A stretch of DNA of 42,684 bases, the filler included, from Psammoneis japonica (lineage: Eukaryota): assembly GCA_008632985.1 (NCBI GenBank). It is 6 parts of 6 records of this genome, joined end to end, with 100 filler letters (N's around TTAATTAATTAA, not from the genome) between each part and the next. Parts side by side here need not be neighbours in the genome. Positions count along the whole stretch, not along the records: positions 8,094 to 36,991 come from QPGO01000592.1; 5 more parts are not named here. One strand, given 5' to 3'. Both the position numbers and the translations under genes were made by a program. Numbering within the stretch: the first letter of the stretch is position 1; every line of letters starts with the position of its first letter. Shown here piece by piece: positions 12,141-22,996 of this stretch. The notes under the pieces are model-generated. The model had not been told where the DNA came from. It ran no database searches and was given only the letters and a program-made list of their open reading frames with translations.

Positions 12141-12247
12141 CTCACCTTCCCTCCTCCTATCTTTCTACACGTTCTGTGACCTTGTCGCTGTTTTTGGCGA
12201 TCCGCACACAACAACGACTCTCTGCAACTTTCTCTTCTCGCTTGATC

Positions 12248-13927
12248 ATGTCTACTCTCGCCTCCGCTCCTCCCGCTGATGTTAAGCTTTTAGCTGAGGT
12301 CCTTCATCCTACTGACCTGCCTGACGTGCCTGCCATTGCTCTCACGTCTGATGTCATTCGTGACATCATTCTTAAGACACCAGAGCATCACACTGGGCGC
12401 GTCTCTCCGCTCCTCCTCACTCTTGGCTCTGTGACGCTTGCCGAAACCAAGAAGTGCTCCCATCCTCACCAGAATCAGTGGGCGTCCTACTTTCACGTCA
12501 CTCTTCACCCGGTGACCCCCGACGGCACCACCTTTTCCTTCGAATCCTTCCGCAGCCAAGCGCTCTCCTTTCTCCTTCAGAAATGGCACCTGCACCCTGC
12601 GTCGCACTTCACCCCCTTCCGCTCCGCTGGCTCCCCTTCCAATTTTCTCCACCCTGACTTCTCTCCGGTTTCGGCTGTGGACAATCCTTGGGCTCGGCAC
12701 TGCACCTTTGTGATCCCGGCCTGCAACTCTTTCAAAGAAAAGGCTCATGGCATCCTTGCTGGCCCCTCTCCAACCCTCTGCGGTTCTTCTCGACGTGCTT
12801 CTGAGTTTCTTCTATCCTGCCTTTATTCCTTCCTTGTTGGCAAGATCTCCAGCACTGCGACCAATCCCATCCTCCAATCCTTCCGAGACCACCCTGCCTT
12901 TCTCAATCTCGTTGGAATTCGTCCTTCGCAATGCCCTGCTAACTCGGCCCAGGCGCGACGCCGCTCTCTTCCGGTTTTTTACATTTCTGCTGCCTCCGAT
13001 GCCGTCTGGAACACCCTGCTTCACATCACCAATCCATCCAATGCGCCGCCTGCCTCCTTCTCCATCCTGGGGACCTCTGCTGCCATCATTCCCTTCCCAG
13101 CCCCGGCCAACTTTGCTTCCACCTACAACGCCCTCTCCAAGCTCATTTCGTGTCAGAGCAACATGAAAGTGGTTGTCTCTGACCGTCTTCTTCTTCCTCT
13201 CACCCAACCTGGCATCAGTCGTCTCCTTGCTGCGACCAATCTTCGCTCCCTCATCCCCATCTTCTCTGCTCATGACTCCCTCCCAATCAAGTGCAAGCTG
13301 CTCTTTTTCCCGTCTCCGTGCACAATTGCTCTTGTGGATGCCAACCCACACAACTGTCCCGGCTTTCCCTTGGATCTCCTCACCTCTGTGGTAGAATCTG
13401 CTCATGACGACAGCACGACTTCCCCATCCCACGCCTCTGCTGCTCTTCAGCCGCCCGCTCCCTCTCAAGATTCTTTCTCGTGTCATGCCCTTGAGCTGCT
13501 TGCTCAAGACTGGCAGCTCCCCAAGCCCCAAGATCCGCTCCCTGCTGCCACATCTCCTTCCTCCCATCCTCCCCAAGCCCGCTCCCTCACCACCGAGCCT
13601 CCTCCCTCCAAACGTCCCCACTCTTCTCCCGATGCTCTCTCTCCGCCCCCCGCTGTTCCCACCGTAGTTTTGCAGACTTCTCCGCCCCCCACCGCTCCCG
13701 ATGCAATTGTGCAGACCAAATCTGATGACTCGGTTTCTCCCCAACAGTCCCAGCGCGAGATGGAACTCTTGGATGTCCTTGATGCCTTCGCAGGTGCTTG
13801 CTGCCCGGCCCGCCTTTCTACCTGGCAACCTTTCTACGAAGAAGCCATCCGGGCTGCAGCCCCTGATGTCGACTCCCTCCGCGATCTCATCGCCTCGTGG
13901 AACCCACCGAAGCCCGTGCCCCGCTGA
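12248..13927 (+). CDS. Retrotransposon ORF1 (function unknown; P/S-rich linker near the C-terminus)
   Basis: Part of the 11435-13927 open frame. Complex, protein-like sequence begins at MSTLASAPP (ATG 12248); the upstream part translates the UTR repeats. Confidence 0.65.
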   Translation: MSTLASAPPADVKLLAEVLHPTDLPDVPAIALTSDVIRDIILKTPEHHTGRVSPLLLTLGSVTLAETKKCSHPHQNQWASYFHVTLHPVTPDGTTFSFESFRSQALSFLLQKWHLHPASHFTPFRSAGSPSNFLHPDFSPVSAVDNPWARHCTFVIPACNSFKEKAHGILAGPSPTLCGSSRRASEFLLSCLYSFLVGKISSTATNPILQSFRDHPAFLNLVGIRPSQCPANSAQARRRSLPVFYISAASDAVWNTLLHITNPSNAPPASFSILGTSAAIIPFPAPANFASTYNALSKLISCQSNMKVVVSDRLLLPLTQPGISRLLAATNLRSLIPIFSAHDSLPIKCKLLFFPSPCTIALVDANPHNCPGFPLDLLTSVVESAHDDSTTSPSHASAALQPPAPSQDSFSCHALELLAQDWQLPKPQDPLPAATSPSSHPPQARSLTTEPPPSKRPHSSPDALSPPPAVPTVVLQTSPPPTAPDAIVQTKSDDSVSPQQSQREMELLDVLDAFAGACCPARLSTWQPFYEEAIRAAAPDVDSLRDLIASWNPPKPVPR

Positions 13928-16900
13928 CTTGCCCCTTCTGCTCCTGGTCCCCTCCTTCCATTGATGCATCATCCCTTCCTGCTTCTGTGCACAGCCATCT
14001 TCGCCAGGAGCATCCCCGCCTCTCGCTTTCTCATGTGCCTGCATCCTTCTTCGACACCGCTGGTTCACATGTCTGCAGGCATTGCAATCACAGCCAATGC
14101 ACCCACCTGTCTACCACCCACCTTCGCAATCACTTGCAGAACAAGCACTTCGCTCCTCGCTCTTCCCTTGACACTGACATTGTTCTCTCGTCCTTCCACA
14201 ATCTAGGTGACTGGGGCCCCTCGCTACAATGGCTCCATGCTCTTGCACTCGAGCCTCCGCCTTTCCGTGCTTCCTGCCGCCGCAAGCTCTCGTCCTCCGC
14301 CCGCAAGGAACTCCACTCTGCTCGTCATCATGTGACAAGCTGGGTGCTGGCCGCCTCCCAGCCTCTCTCTGACCCCTCCCACCTCATTCCTACGTGGCAA
14401 CGTGACTCCACTCCCTTCTGGAAGCTGCTCTTACTCTTTGAAGCTCTCATTCTTGCTCCTGTCCCGCCACGCTCCAAGTTTGGCCCTGCCATTGCCTTCC
14501 GCTTGTCCCTCTTCCGCCGTGGCTGCATTCGCCAACTCTGCCACGAAGCCTGCTCCCATGCGCCACGCCTCTCCTCATCTTCCCCCGACTTTTCTGCTTC
14601 CACCTGTTGCTGCTCCGCTCAAGTTTGTGCCGACGAAGATGACTTTCACTCGGCCCACTCCAAGCTCACCTCTGCGCTTCCTGTTGCTGCCGTTGCTCCT
14701 GAGCGCCTTCCTGCCATCCTCAAGCTCTACCCTCCTCGCCTGCACCCCTCCGACCTGCCTAATCCTCCTTCAACTCGCTCGGCCTCCTCCCTTCATAATG
14801 AGCCTGTTGAGCTCTCCTCCGATGCTCTTCTTTCCGCTCTCTCCAAATGTAAGCCTGGGACTGCTGCCGGTGTCTTTGCTGATTCTACCGACCTTTTCAA
14901 GTCCCACGCCCTCTATTCTGCCAAAACCCCAACAGGTGTTGCTCAACGACCCTGCTTGTCATCCTTTCGTGAGCTTGTCCTTCTTCTACTCCATGGCTCC
15001 ATTCCTTCCTCCGTCCATTCCTCATTTGCTTCGAACTGCTTTGTCGCTCTGCACAAAGATGCCAGCGACCTCAACAAGCTTCGCCCCATTGGCGTCGGCA
15101 CTGCTCTTCGTCGCATTGCCGGCTCCGTCGTCATGACTCTCTTTGGTTCTGCATTTACCGAATGCCTCCTCCCAGATGGCCAATTTGGCATTGGTGTCAA
15201 AGGTGGCCTCGATTGTCTCATTCACTCTGCTCTTGCCAACATTGAACGACATCTTTCTTCTGCCGACTCCACCAAGGCTCTTCTTCTTCTTGACCTCGTC
15301 AACATGTTCAACGAAGCATCTCGAGATGCCTGTCGACACGTTCTCACCTCCACCCCTGCCTTCCATCCTCTGCTTCCTTTTTTTGACCTTCTACATCAAA
15401 GTTCCAATGCATGTTGGCATCGCCGACCCGATTCTTCCTGGGGCTCCTTTCTTCAAGAAGAGGGATTTGCCCAAGGATGCCCTCTCGGCCCTGTCTTCGC
15501 CAGCCTGGTCCTCTCTCTGGTTCTTCGTCCGATTAACCAAGAGCTTCAAGAACGTATCCCTGGCCATTCCTCTGTCTCAGTTGGCTCCTGCATTGACGAT
15601 GCTCACGCTTTCCTTCCCCATTCCGCACTCCCATGGTTCCTTGAACGCTTCTCCGCCCTCGGTGCCCCCTGCGGAATCTCCCTCAACCTCCGTAAAACCA
15701 AGATCCTCACCTCCATTGCCGGTGTTAGCCCCATCCCTGCTCTTCCCCCTTCCCGCGCCGATTCTCTCCGTGCTGCACTTTCCTTCTTAAACCCTGCCAA
15801 TGACCCCTCTTGCAACCCCGAACTCACCTCTGGTGTTCGCTTCCTTGGACAGCCCCTCGGCTCCCACGACTTCGCCACCTCTTTCCTTTCCGACACTTCC
15901 TCTACTCTCTCCAACAAAGTTGACATGCTTCTCACCCGTCTCCATGACAAACAAACCCAGGCTCAACTCTTCAAGCACTGTTTTGTTCCATCCTCTGCTC
16001 ACCTCCTTGGAGCTGACTTCTGCTGCAACTTCGACCCCGACAATCCTCCTGACCCCTTTCTCTGGACCTCTCCGTTTCAAGATTTCCTCCTCACCGTTGC
16101 TCACCGCTTTCTACACTGCGTCACTTCCTTCGCCGCTCCTTTTCCCGACCACTCCATTGCCATCGCCTTCCTTCCTGCCTCCTTGGGCGGGTTTGGTCTC
16201 CGGGACCCAACAGCTGCCGCCATTCCTTCCTTCTTGGTGTCGCTTCTCCGCTCGTTCCGCTTTGCTTCGCACGGTGTCAGCCTGCCATCTGGCGCTTCTG
16301 TTTCCCTTCCGCGCTGCTTTCGGCTCTCCCTGTCTTCCTGGTCCAACCCTCGCTCTTCCCTGCGACTCTGTGCGCTCTTCCGCCGTTGTGCTCCCGTTCT
16401 GGCTTCCGCCTCTACCCTTTCCTCTTCTTCCTTGGCCACCCTGGTTAAATCGGCCACTCTCCCCGGCCTGGCCCGTCGTCTCTACCATGAACATCAGCAA
16501 CAAGCAGTGACCTCCATCCTTGCTAACTCATCTTACGACGTGCAATCTTCACTCCCTTCATTGCTGTCTCCGCTTACAAGCCTCCCTCTTCATTCCTTCT
16601 CTCGTCGCTTTCCAAGCTCCCGCCTTTCTTCGGATGCCTGCGCTGTTGCCGCCCTTCGCAAGCTTCGTCTCCCCATCCTTCCTCCGTCCCTTGTCAACAC
16701 TCCCTGTCCCTGTGGCCATGCCATTCTGGATGCCCATGGTGATCATGCCTTTTCTTGCCGCCGTGCTCACAAGTCCAAGCTTTCCAATGGTCTCCGTGAC
16801 GCTGTTTTCATCCCAGCCCAAACTTTGGGTCCTCTTGCAGAGTTCTGTCGATCCCCCAATGACGTTCATCTTGAACCCACCAACCTGCTCCCCACCCGCC

Positions 16901-17628
16901 CGCTTCTCCATCCCGCCGATGTCGGCATTTCAATCCCCCCTCCCGCCTCCCTTTCTGCTCCCTCCCGCCATCACTGCATTGCAGTGGACGTCACCGTCCC
17001 TCAAGCTTCCTCTCGCCCTCCTCCAGGTCTGCCTGCTCCCTCTTCTCCTATCTTAACTGAGGCACACCACTCGAGCGCGAGATTGAAGTTTCTTGGCCCC
17101 TCTGCTTCCTCTGCCGATGGATCCCTTGTTGTTTCTTCGCTTGGCAACAATGGCATCTTTCTGCTCCCCTTCACTGTAGATCACCTTGGTGGTCTCGGCT
17201 GCTTTGCCCACCGCTTGCTCTTTGGTTCTACATCCCCCTCCGTCTGCTCTCAGCCCAAGCCACCCTGGTCCTCTTCCTCTGACCTTCGTCACTCCGATGC
17301 CTCCTACTCCGCCTTCCTCTACGCTTTGTCATCTCCGTCTGCAATCCTTCCCTCTGCTGACTCCGCATGGCGTCGCCTGTCCGCCGATCGCTTTGGAAAC
17401 ACCTACCGTACAGCCACCCCATCCCAGTGGGCCACCCAAACTCTTGGCTACAACGTTGTTCTTCACCTTTCTACGCACATCCTCCGATTCACCTCAACTC
17501 TCCCTGCCCCCTCCTCACCCATACCTTCCACAAAACGCCCTTCGTCTTGCGTCCATCGACCCTTTTACTCTACCGTCTCTACAGCTACCTCCGTGCCTCC
17601 CTCTGCTGTTACCTTCCGCTCTACATAG
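13897..17628 (+). CDS. Retrotransposon ORF2: two C2H2 zinc fingers, reverse transcriptase, zinc knuckle and restriction-like endonuclease
   Basis: Zinc fingers CPFC..H...H and CRHC..H...H. RT motifs LRPIGVG, QFGIG, LLDLVNMFN, GFAQGCPLGP, CIDD, LNLRKTK and FLGQPLG. Knuckle CPCG...DAHGDHAFSC. RLE motifs PADV, AVDVTV and FTVDHLGGLG. Confidence 0.92.
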   Translation: MEPTEARAPLTCPFCSWSPPSIDASSLPASVHSHLRQEHPRLSLSHVPASFFDTAGSHVCRHCNHSQCTHLSTTHLRNHLQNKHFAPRSSLDTDIVLSSFHNLGDWGPSLQWLHALALEPPPFRASCRRKLSSSARKELHSARHHVTSWVLAASQPLSDPSHLIPTWQRDSTPFWKLLLLFEALILAPVPPRSKFGPAIAFRLSLFRRGCIRQLCHEACSHAPRLSSSSPDFSASTCCCSAQVCADEDDFHSAHSKLTSALPVAAVAPERLPAILKLYPPRLHPSDLPNPPSTRSASSLHNEPVELSSDALLSALSKCKPGTAAGVFADSTDLFKSHALYSAKTPTGVAQRPCLSSFRELVLLLLHGSIPSSVHSSFASNCFVALHKDASDLNKLRPIGVGTALRRIAGSVVMTLFGSAFTECLLPDGQFGIGVKGGLDCLIHSALANIERHLSSADSTKALLLLDLVNMFNEASRDACRHVLTSTPAFHPLLPFFDLLHQSSNACWHRRPDSSWGSFLQEEGFAQGCPLGPVFASLVLSLVLRPINQELQERIPGHSSVSVGSCIDDAHAFLPHSALPWFLERFSALGAPCGISLNLRKTKILTSIAGVSPIPALPPSRADSLRAALSFLNPANDPSCNPELTSGVRFLGQPLGSHDFATSFLSDTSSTLSNKVDMLLTRLHDKQTQAQLFKHCFVPSSAHLLGADFCCNFDPDNPPDPFLWTSPFQDFLLTVAHRFLHCVTSFAAPFPDHSIAIAFLPASLGGFGLRDPTAAAIPSFLVSLLRSFRFASHGVSLPSGASVSLPRCFRLSLSSWSNPRSSLRLCALFRRCAPVLASASTLSSSSLATLVKSATLPGLARRLYHEHQQQAVTSILANSSYDVQSSLPSLLSPLTSLPLHSFSRRFPSSRLSSDACAVAALRKLRLPILPPSLVNTPCPCGHAILDAHGDHAFSCRRAHKSKLSNGLRDAVFIPAQTLGPLAEFCRSPNDVHLEPTNLLPTRPLLHPADVGISIPPPASLSAPSRHHCIAVDVTVPQASSRPPPGLPAPSSPILTEAHHSSARLKFLGPSASSADGSLVVSSLGNNGIFLLPFTVDHLGGLGCFAHRLLFGSTSPSVCSQPKPPWSSSSDLRHSDASYSAFLYALSSPSAILPSADSAWRRLSADRFGNTYRTATPSQWATQTLGYNVVLHLSTHILRFTSTLPAPSSPIPSTKRPSSCVHRPFYSTVSTATSVPPSAVTFRST

Positions 17629-17678
17629 GCTTCCTTAATCTTCTATTTTAAAGAAATAACCACTCCCAGCGAAATAAC

Positions 17679-17742
17679 GAACCGCGAACTGCAACGAAAC
17701 AACGATCGAACCGCGAACTGCTGCGAAACGGAACCGCGAACT
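17679..17742 (+). repeat. Three copies of GAACCGCGAACT at the element's 3' flank
   Basis: Copies at 17679-17690, 17708-17719 and 17731-17742. Confidence 0.9.
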
Positions 17743-18018
17743 ATAACTCCTGAGAAGACACTGATCACGCAAAGTGGCATGTTTTCTTGCACACTGCACT
17801 CACAGCCAAAGAACATGATAAATAAAGTGGCATTAGTCAAGCATTCTTTTCCAGCTTTACCTGCACTCGTTATGTACCAGAACACAAGTGTAGTATCGCT
17901 GGCAAGTCCCCAGAGATGAAACCAAATTGTAGAACTTTGGCAATGTTCTACAAAACCGTTCTCAGCTTGGTTTCAAAACTCTCTCATAAAATTCAAAGCG
18001 TGAAACGCACGAGACAAG

Positions 18019-19120
18019 ATGAAAACGATTTGCAGTTGCCTCCTAGTCCTTTCCACTCTGCTTTGGATTGGAGCTGAGCGCGCTGACGCGAACGAAGTGC
18101 CTACGTGTGGTGAACCATCATACAACAAGCGAAAGGACAGGGCTGTTTTCCTTTGGAGGAAGTGTTTTTTCCGATCAGTGGCACTTGGAAGCGGCTGGTG
18201 GGAGACAGCCTGTGGCAGTCAATGCCAGCCTGGTGGCGGATACATCCGACATTGCGATCAGCAAGAAGGCCGTTGGGATCGAGTTGAACAAGGACTTCAT
18301 CATCAATGTCCCGAGAAAGAAAAAGGATGGATTCAATTTCCTTGTCAAAAACGACGGAAGTGGATGTTTAACCATCAAGTCGCCGGAAGACATCCCCCTT
18401 TATGTTGGTAAGAACCGCATGGAGTTCTCTAAGTCCATCAGTGTCCCGGGCCTCAAGCCGTGCGATGGACCACTGCTCGAATACCGCTTCGACAGTTCAA
18501 GCACCCTTTACAAAGACTCAGGAATGAACGGATGGGATGGCGCGACAGCAGGTAGTAGAGGCAGGATTTCGTACAACAGTTTAGGTTACTCGAGATATGG
18601 CGCCTACCTTGATGGAAGGGATGATCACATGACAATCTCAGAGTCGAAAGATTTGAACATGAAGAAGTACACTTTCATGGCATGGGTTCGGTACTCTGAT
18701 AATTCCAGACCCGACGACAGTAATTATGCTCTTATCCAGAAAACCGGAGCTCTTTGGTTCGGCATTCACAAGGAATTTCATACACTCAGGGCGGGGGGCA
18801 AATTTGGTGGCTGCACCAAGAACGACAATTTCCAGTTGAAAGGTATCAACCCTATTCCAACTGAGACGTGGACCCACGTTGCTGTAACCAATGACCAAAA
18901 TACAATGAAGGTTTATATCAACGGAGAGTTGGACGTAGAGGGAGACATCACGAGCCCCGGAGACTATTGTAAAAATGAGGCGCCCTTTAACGTAGGCTCC
19001 GAATTAGGAGAGACCCGGGCATCAGATAGGCACTTCCTTAGAGGATACATGGATACGGTTCGCATCTATGACAAGGATCTCCCTCAGGATGAAATTCGTG
19101 CCGAAATGCATCGCCATTAG
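18019..19120 (+). CDS. Secreted LamG/concanavalin-A-like (LamG3) protein, with one frameshift in the T6 run at 18165-18170
   Basis: Signal peptide MKTICSCLLVLSTLLWIGA. Removing one T joins LWRKCF to SDQWHL. LamG motifs LDGRDDH, YTFMAWVR, WTHVAVT, KVYINGEL and GYMDTVRIYD. Normal TpA and Tyr. Confidence 0.8.
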
Positions 19121-19734
19121 GTTTTGGAGGTATCCATGTTACAAACGACGGATCAAATTTAGTATGTACCATGTAAAGTTAAATGCTGTTACAGTCACCT
19201 GATATTTTAAGTCTCTGAAATGACAACGAGGTCTTGCGCAAAGGTGGCATGGACCAAATTGCGAGCTCACATTTTTGTGGCCAAATGCCATGGCGAGCGT
19301 CTGTGAGAACTAGTGGCGGTATACGGCTTATGACGGCAGACGAGCCGGATACGGATAACTACCACAGCAAAATTGAATTTTGTGCCTTTGACGGTCTTGG
19401 TGTCGCAAGTGGCAGAACATCATATTGATCATTATTAGAAGAACCGCAGAAAAATTAAGACCGAGGACAAATTGATCAAAGTATGGTGACATATCCATGG
19501 CTACTTTGTCGACATTGCCCGAAACTTTCTGCAAAATGCCAGTGATCTCGAAGTCATGAACCGTAGCAATCGTCGTTTGAAGAGCATAGCTGCGTTGGGA
19601 AGTTTGTTGTGGTTGGCCGTGGAATACTCAACGGAAAGCTTGCATTGTTACACAGGTTTCGCATAGTAAAGGAACCATCCACCTGTAAAGTTCAAACGGC
19701 ATACTCCTCGAAGAGAGCTCCAGCATACCCTTCT

Positions 19735-20806
19735 TCAGCAAGTTTGATGGGCAACTAGGGGCTCGGCATAACGGGATACGAGCTGGAATCGGGAGATGTG
19801 TTCATATCCTTCACCGTTCACATTCTCCACTTTCCAAGAACAAGTGCGTACACCAAAAATTAGACCGGTGCCCTTGTTTAATACTTGCATTGATACCATC
19901 TTTGTGATGGAGGAAGTGTCAACCTGGCTCACGGTATGCTTAACTTGTTTCATGGCAATATCTGGTTGGAATAGATAACGCATACTACTACCCATAAGCA
20001 ATTGGTTTGCTACCACAATCTCTTGGTCGACCCCAATGGCAAAGCCGGTTCCGAATGCTTCTTGCTTCTTCCTCCGTGAGAGCTGGAAACGTGTAGCATC
20101 TGCGACGACCGATAATGACAGCATCTTCAATATTCTTGACGTACAGACTTGACAACGCAGCCATGAGAATGGTGGCGTTACATTTCTCAAGATTGAGCGG
20201 TAGCGAGCAACCATCCATGATGATTGGACCAGTGGTCGGCATGTACTCCTTGAGGTGGTTCTTGGAATCCTTTTTGGTATGATAGAGAAGTATTTTTCCT
20301 TTTCCAAAACGACCCCTTAGACCACAAGGCCATATGCCAGAAAGGTCGATTTTCCAAGACCACAAGGACCGTGCAGTGCAAACAGCTGCTTCTCATTCTC
20401 GGTGTCTGAGTGCAAAACGTCTTTTGCCTTCTGCATGGCATCCTCGTGATGCTGACGGGCGCATGCCTCCTTCACCAATCCAAAGACTTCCCCGACATCC
20501 GTCAGATAAAAGGAAATGTCCGACTGTGCGGCCTTGCGAGAGCATCTTCCAGAAACGAGAGTGGCGCCGAACAGTCCTCATGCAGCGGTGCCTTCTTTGC
20601 TTGTTTTTGTGCTCTTTCTTTTTCAGCAAGGTTACAATCTTCACAATTTGTCTCCACTTCTTGCGTTGTTGGAATCGACACTGAACGAGATAGGCTAACA
20701 TTAACATTGTTGTCCCGTTCTTTCTTCTTGCTGTTGAAGTGTCGTTGACGCCGCTGTGAACTGCAACTGTTGCTGTTGCGTCGCGTGTGAACTCGACAGT
20801 GTACAC
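19735..20806 (-). other. Possible fragmented or spliced coding region of unknown function
   Basis: Three overlapping minus-strand ORFs (20393-20806, 19988-20365, 19735-20307) with largely normal TpA. No motif recognised. Confidence 0.25.
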
Positions 20807-20997
20807 AATGGCTGAGGACTGAGGCTAGAAGAATGATCTTGCCGTAATAGAGTACTTGCGGCCTATCAACAACACATTCAACATCAAATGATCATTGTCA
20901 ATCTGGAATCTGGAAACCGCAAACTTGGAACTCCAAAACCGCTTCAGACATCTGCGTCTGCGCGCGCGAGGAGTGCGTGCCACGTCATCATTGTGGA

Positions 20998-21120
20998 AAG
21001 CACACGAGGCTACTGCTGATTTGACCTCTGCCGCCAACTGTAACCTGCAACCATCAGCCTCACACTGGCAATGGGCAACAGTGGAGGAGGCATAGAGGCA
21101 AGAGAAAGATGTGAGCATCG
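20998..21120 (+). repeat. Diverged copy of the sequence directly upstream of the METTL13-like gene (23340-23468)
   Basis: aagcacacgag(g/t)ctactgctgatttgac(c/a)tctgc is at 20998 and 23340. ggcaagagaaag follows ~100 nt later in both copies. Confidence 0.8.
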
Positions 21121-22990
21121 GTTTTCCCTTTTCAGCCCTGCCAACACAGGGGGTCACATGTGCACAGACATTCACCAACACTGCAAAACAGGTCATGTGC
21201 CCCAATGCTCTTTCCCGCTGCAGCTTCCCTTGTGCCCCTCTGTGGATCATGCACCCACTCACCTCATCTCCAGCTTTGAAGTGCAGCTGTTTTTTCACTA
21301 GTGTCATCAAGCTTTCTGGAGCCAAAGTCGCACCTGCTCCAGGACTGACATCCCCGCAACAACGCCTGCGCTGAAACTCTCGTCGTTGGGTGTCACACAC
21401 CCAAAGCTCCCACCCATTTTTTCAGCCAACATCAGCAATCAGTGGCAAAATGCAACTTTCCACCCATGTGTGTGACACACCTTGGAGATTCCCTTGGGAT
21501 TCCAGAAGGCATGTCCGTTTTGTGATGATGCAGGCCATGTGCAACATTTCTGAAGGCATGTCCTTTGTGACGATGCAACAAAGCAACCATCTCTCAGCCA
21601 TGAAACATGCGGGATCAAGCACACACAAAACTCCTTGCCATCTCTCATGGGGGCATGCACCCAAAGCTCCCTTTCTTGCTTTTCATTGCCAGCTGTGAAA
21701 TGCAACTTTCCCTCTGTTGGCATCAAAGATGATGGGCCAAAGATCTCCTTTTGGCTTTGACAGCATGCTCGACCACTTCTTTGGCTGTGTGGTTTCTCAA
21801 CAAATCATGCACCCAAAGCTCCCAAGCACACTTCCCAGTGCAACCGCATTGGTCACACACACCTTGAGGTGCAACTTGCCATCCACATTTCATCAAGTCA
21901 GACTCATGTGGGAAAAAGTCTGGCTCTCGACAAGTCAGAAATCTTGCCAATGCACTGTTGACGAGTTTTGCAGCAGTGTTCATTGCATGGACGGGATGCA
22001 GATTTGGCATTTCTGTGGAAGATAAATTGCCCATGGTTGGTTTGCCGGTGTGATGGGTGAAGTCAAGTGACCTGCTGCTGTGCAGATGAATTTCCAATTT
22101 GTGTGCACATGATGACCTTGCATGCGGACACGACTGAAGTTCATGCATCACAACTGGCGGAACACGTGCATCAAAAAAGAAAAGCACAAAAAATCGAAAT
22201 CGCAACTCGCGACCCATTTGTGCACCAACAACCCACAACAAATCCAGAGCTGGAGACTCAGTTAAACAGCATTCTGCATCAACAACAGCAAGCAAAGACA
22301 AAATGAATTGGCACAAGAAAGTGGTTGGTTGTCGCGTGCACAACAGGAGCATGGTGGATTGTTTGTGGTGCGGTTGCAATTTCCATTCGAGCACTCACTC
22401 TTTCATTGTTCTCTTGCTGAGCAATGGCACTGTGCACGTGTTGGAGTGTGGTCCGAGCGGTGCAGCTGGACGTTGCATGCCAGATGGTCCACCCAATCAT
22501 CAATGCAGTGATTCATGGGGTCATGAGCCATGTTGTGGTGTTCACCACTGTTGCAATGCCTGTGTTGGTGCCATCAACCATTGGGCGTTCATGGAGAGCA
22601 ACTTCCATGGACGAGACTGCAGCTGTTTGCATTGAAACTGCAAACTCTTTGTTTGGGACTTAGTCAATGAATGTTGGCAGCACAAAGTGGGTGGTTCGAT
22701 GGCCACAATCTCCCGTAAGATCCGAGACAATGGCTGGACCATTGGCCCAGAGACAGATTGCACAACACGGACGAGCATCATCTGAGTCATGCCTGTTGAT
22801 GTGGTTTCTGAAGAACAGAAGGAAAATGGTTTGACAGGAATAAAAACAGCATTTCTTAGCAGCATTTTCTCCATCGTTTAGGTGGCACAAAGTGCAAGCC
22901 AATGCTCGTCCTTTTCGTCGTCAAGTTGATGTGCTGCCCCACCCCTCTTCGAGCTGCATTGGCCACTTTGCTCTGCACCAACGACTCAGA
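21120..22990 (-). pseudogene. TpA-depleted degenerate ORF relic of unknown family
   Basis: Minus-strand fragments rich in C/H (e.g. FLTCREPDFFPHESDLMKCGWQ...CAWELWVHDLLRNHT) look protein-like when C/H are read as Y. Confidence 0.35.
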
Positions 22991-22996
22991 TTAGAA

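Larger units (their letters stand above)
11391..17728 (+). mobile_element. Near full-length CRE-like (RLE-type) non-LTR retrotransposon with two ORFs
   Basis: Pyrimidine-rich sense strand, 5' subrepeats, ORF1 and ORF2 (ZnF-RT-RLE). An identical 20-mer, aaccgcgaactgctgcgaaa, lies at 11391-11410 and 17709-17728. Exact element ends are uncertain. Confidence 0.8.

Noticed and set aside
11435..12247. N-terminal 270 aa of the 830-aa ORF as real protein
   Set aside because: It is a low-complexity P/S/F/L translation of pyrimidine-rich UTR subrepeats, open because stops are rare in such sequence.
12290..17422. Antisense and alternative-frame ORFs over the retrotransposon (e.g. 12812-14068 minus)
   Set aside because: They are G/R/E-rich shadows of the C/T-rich sense strand with no motifs.
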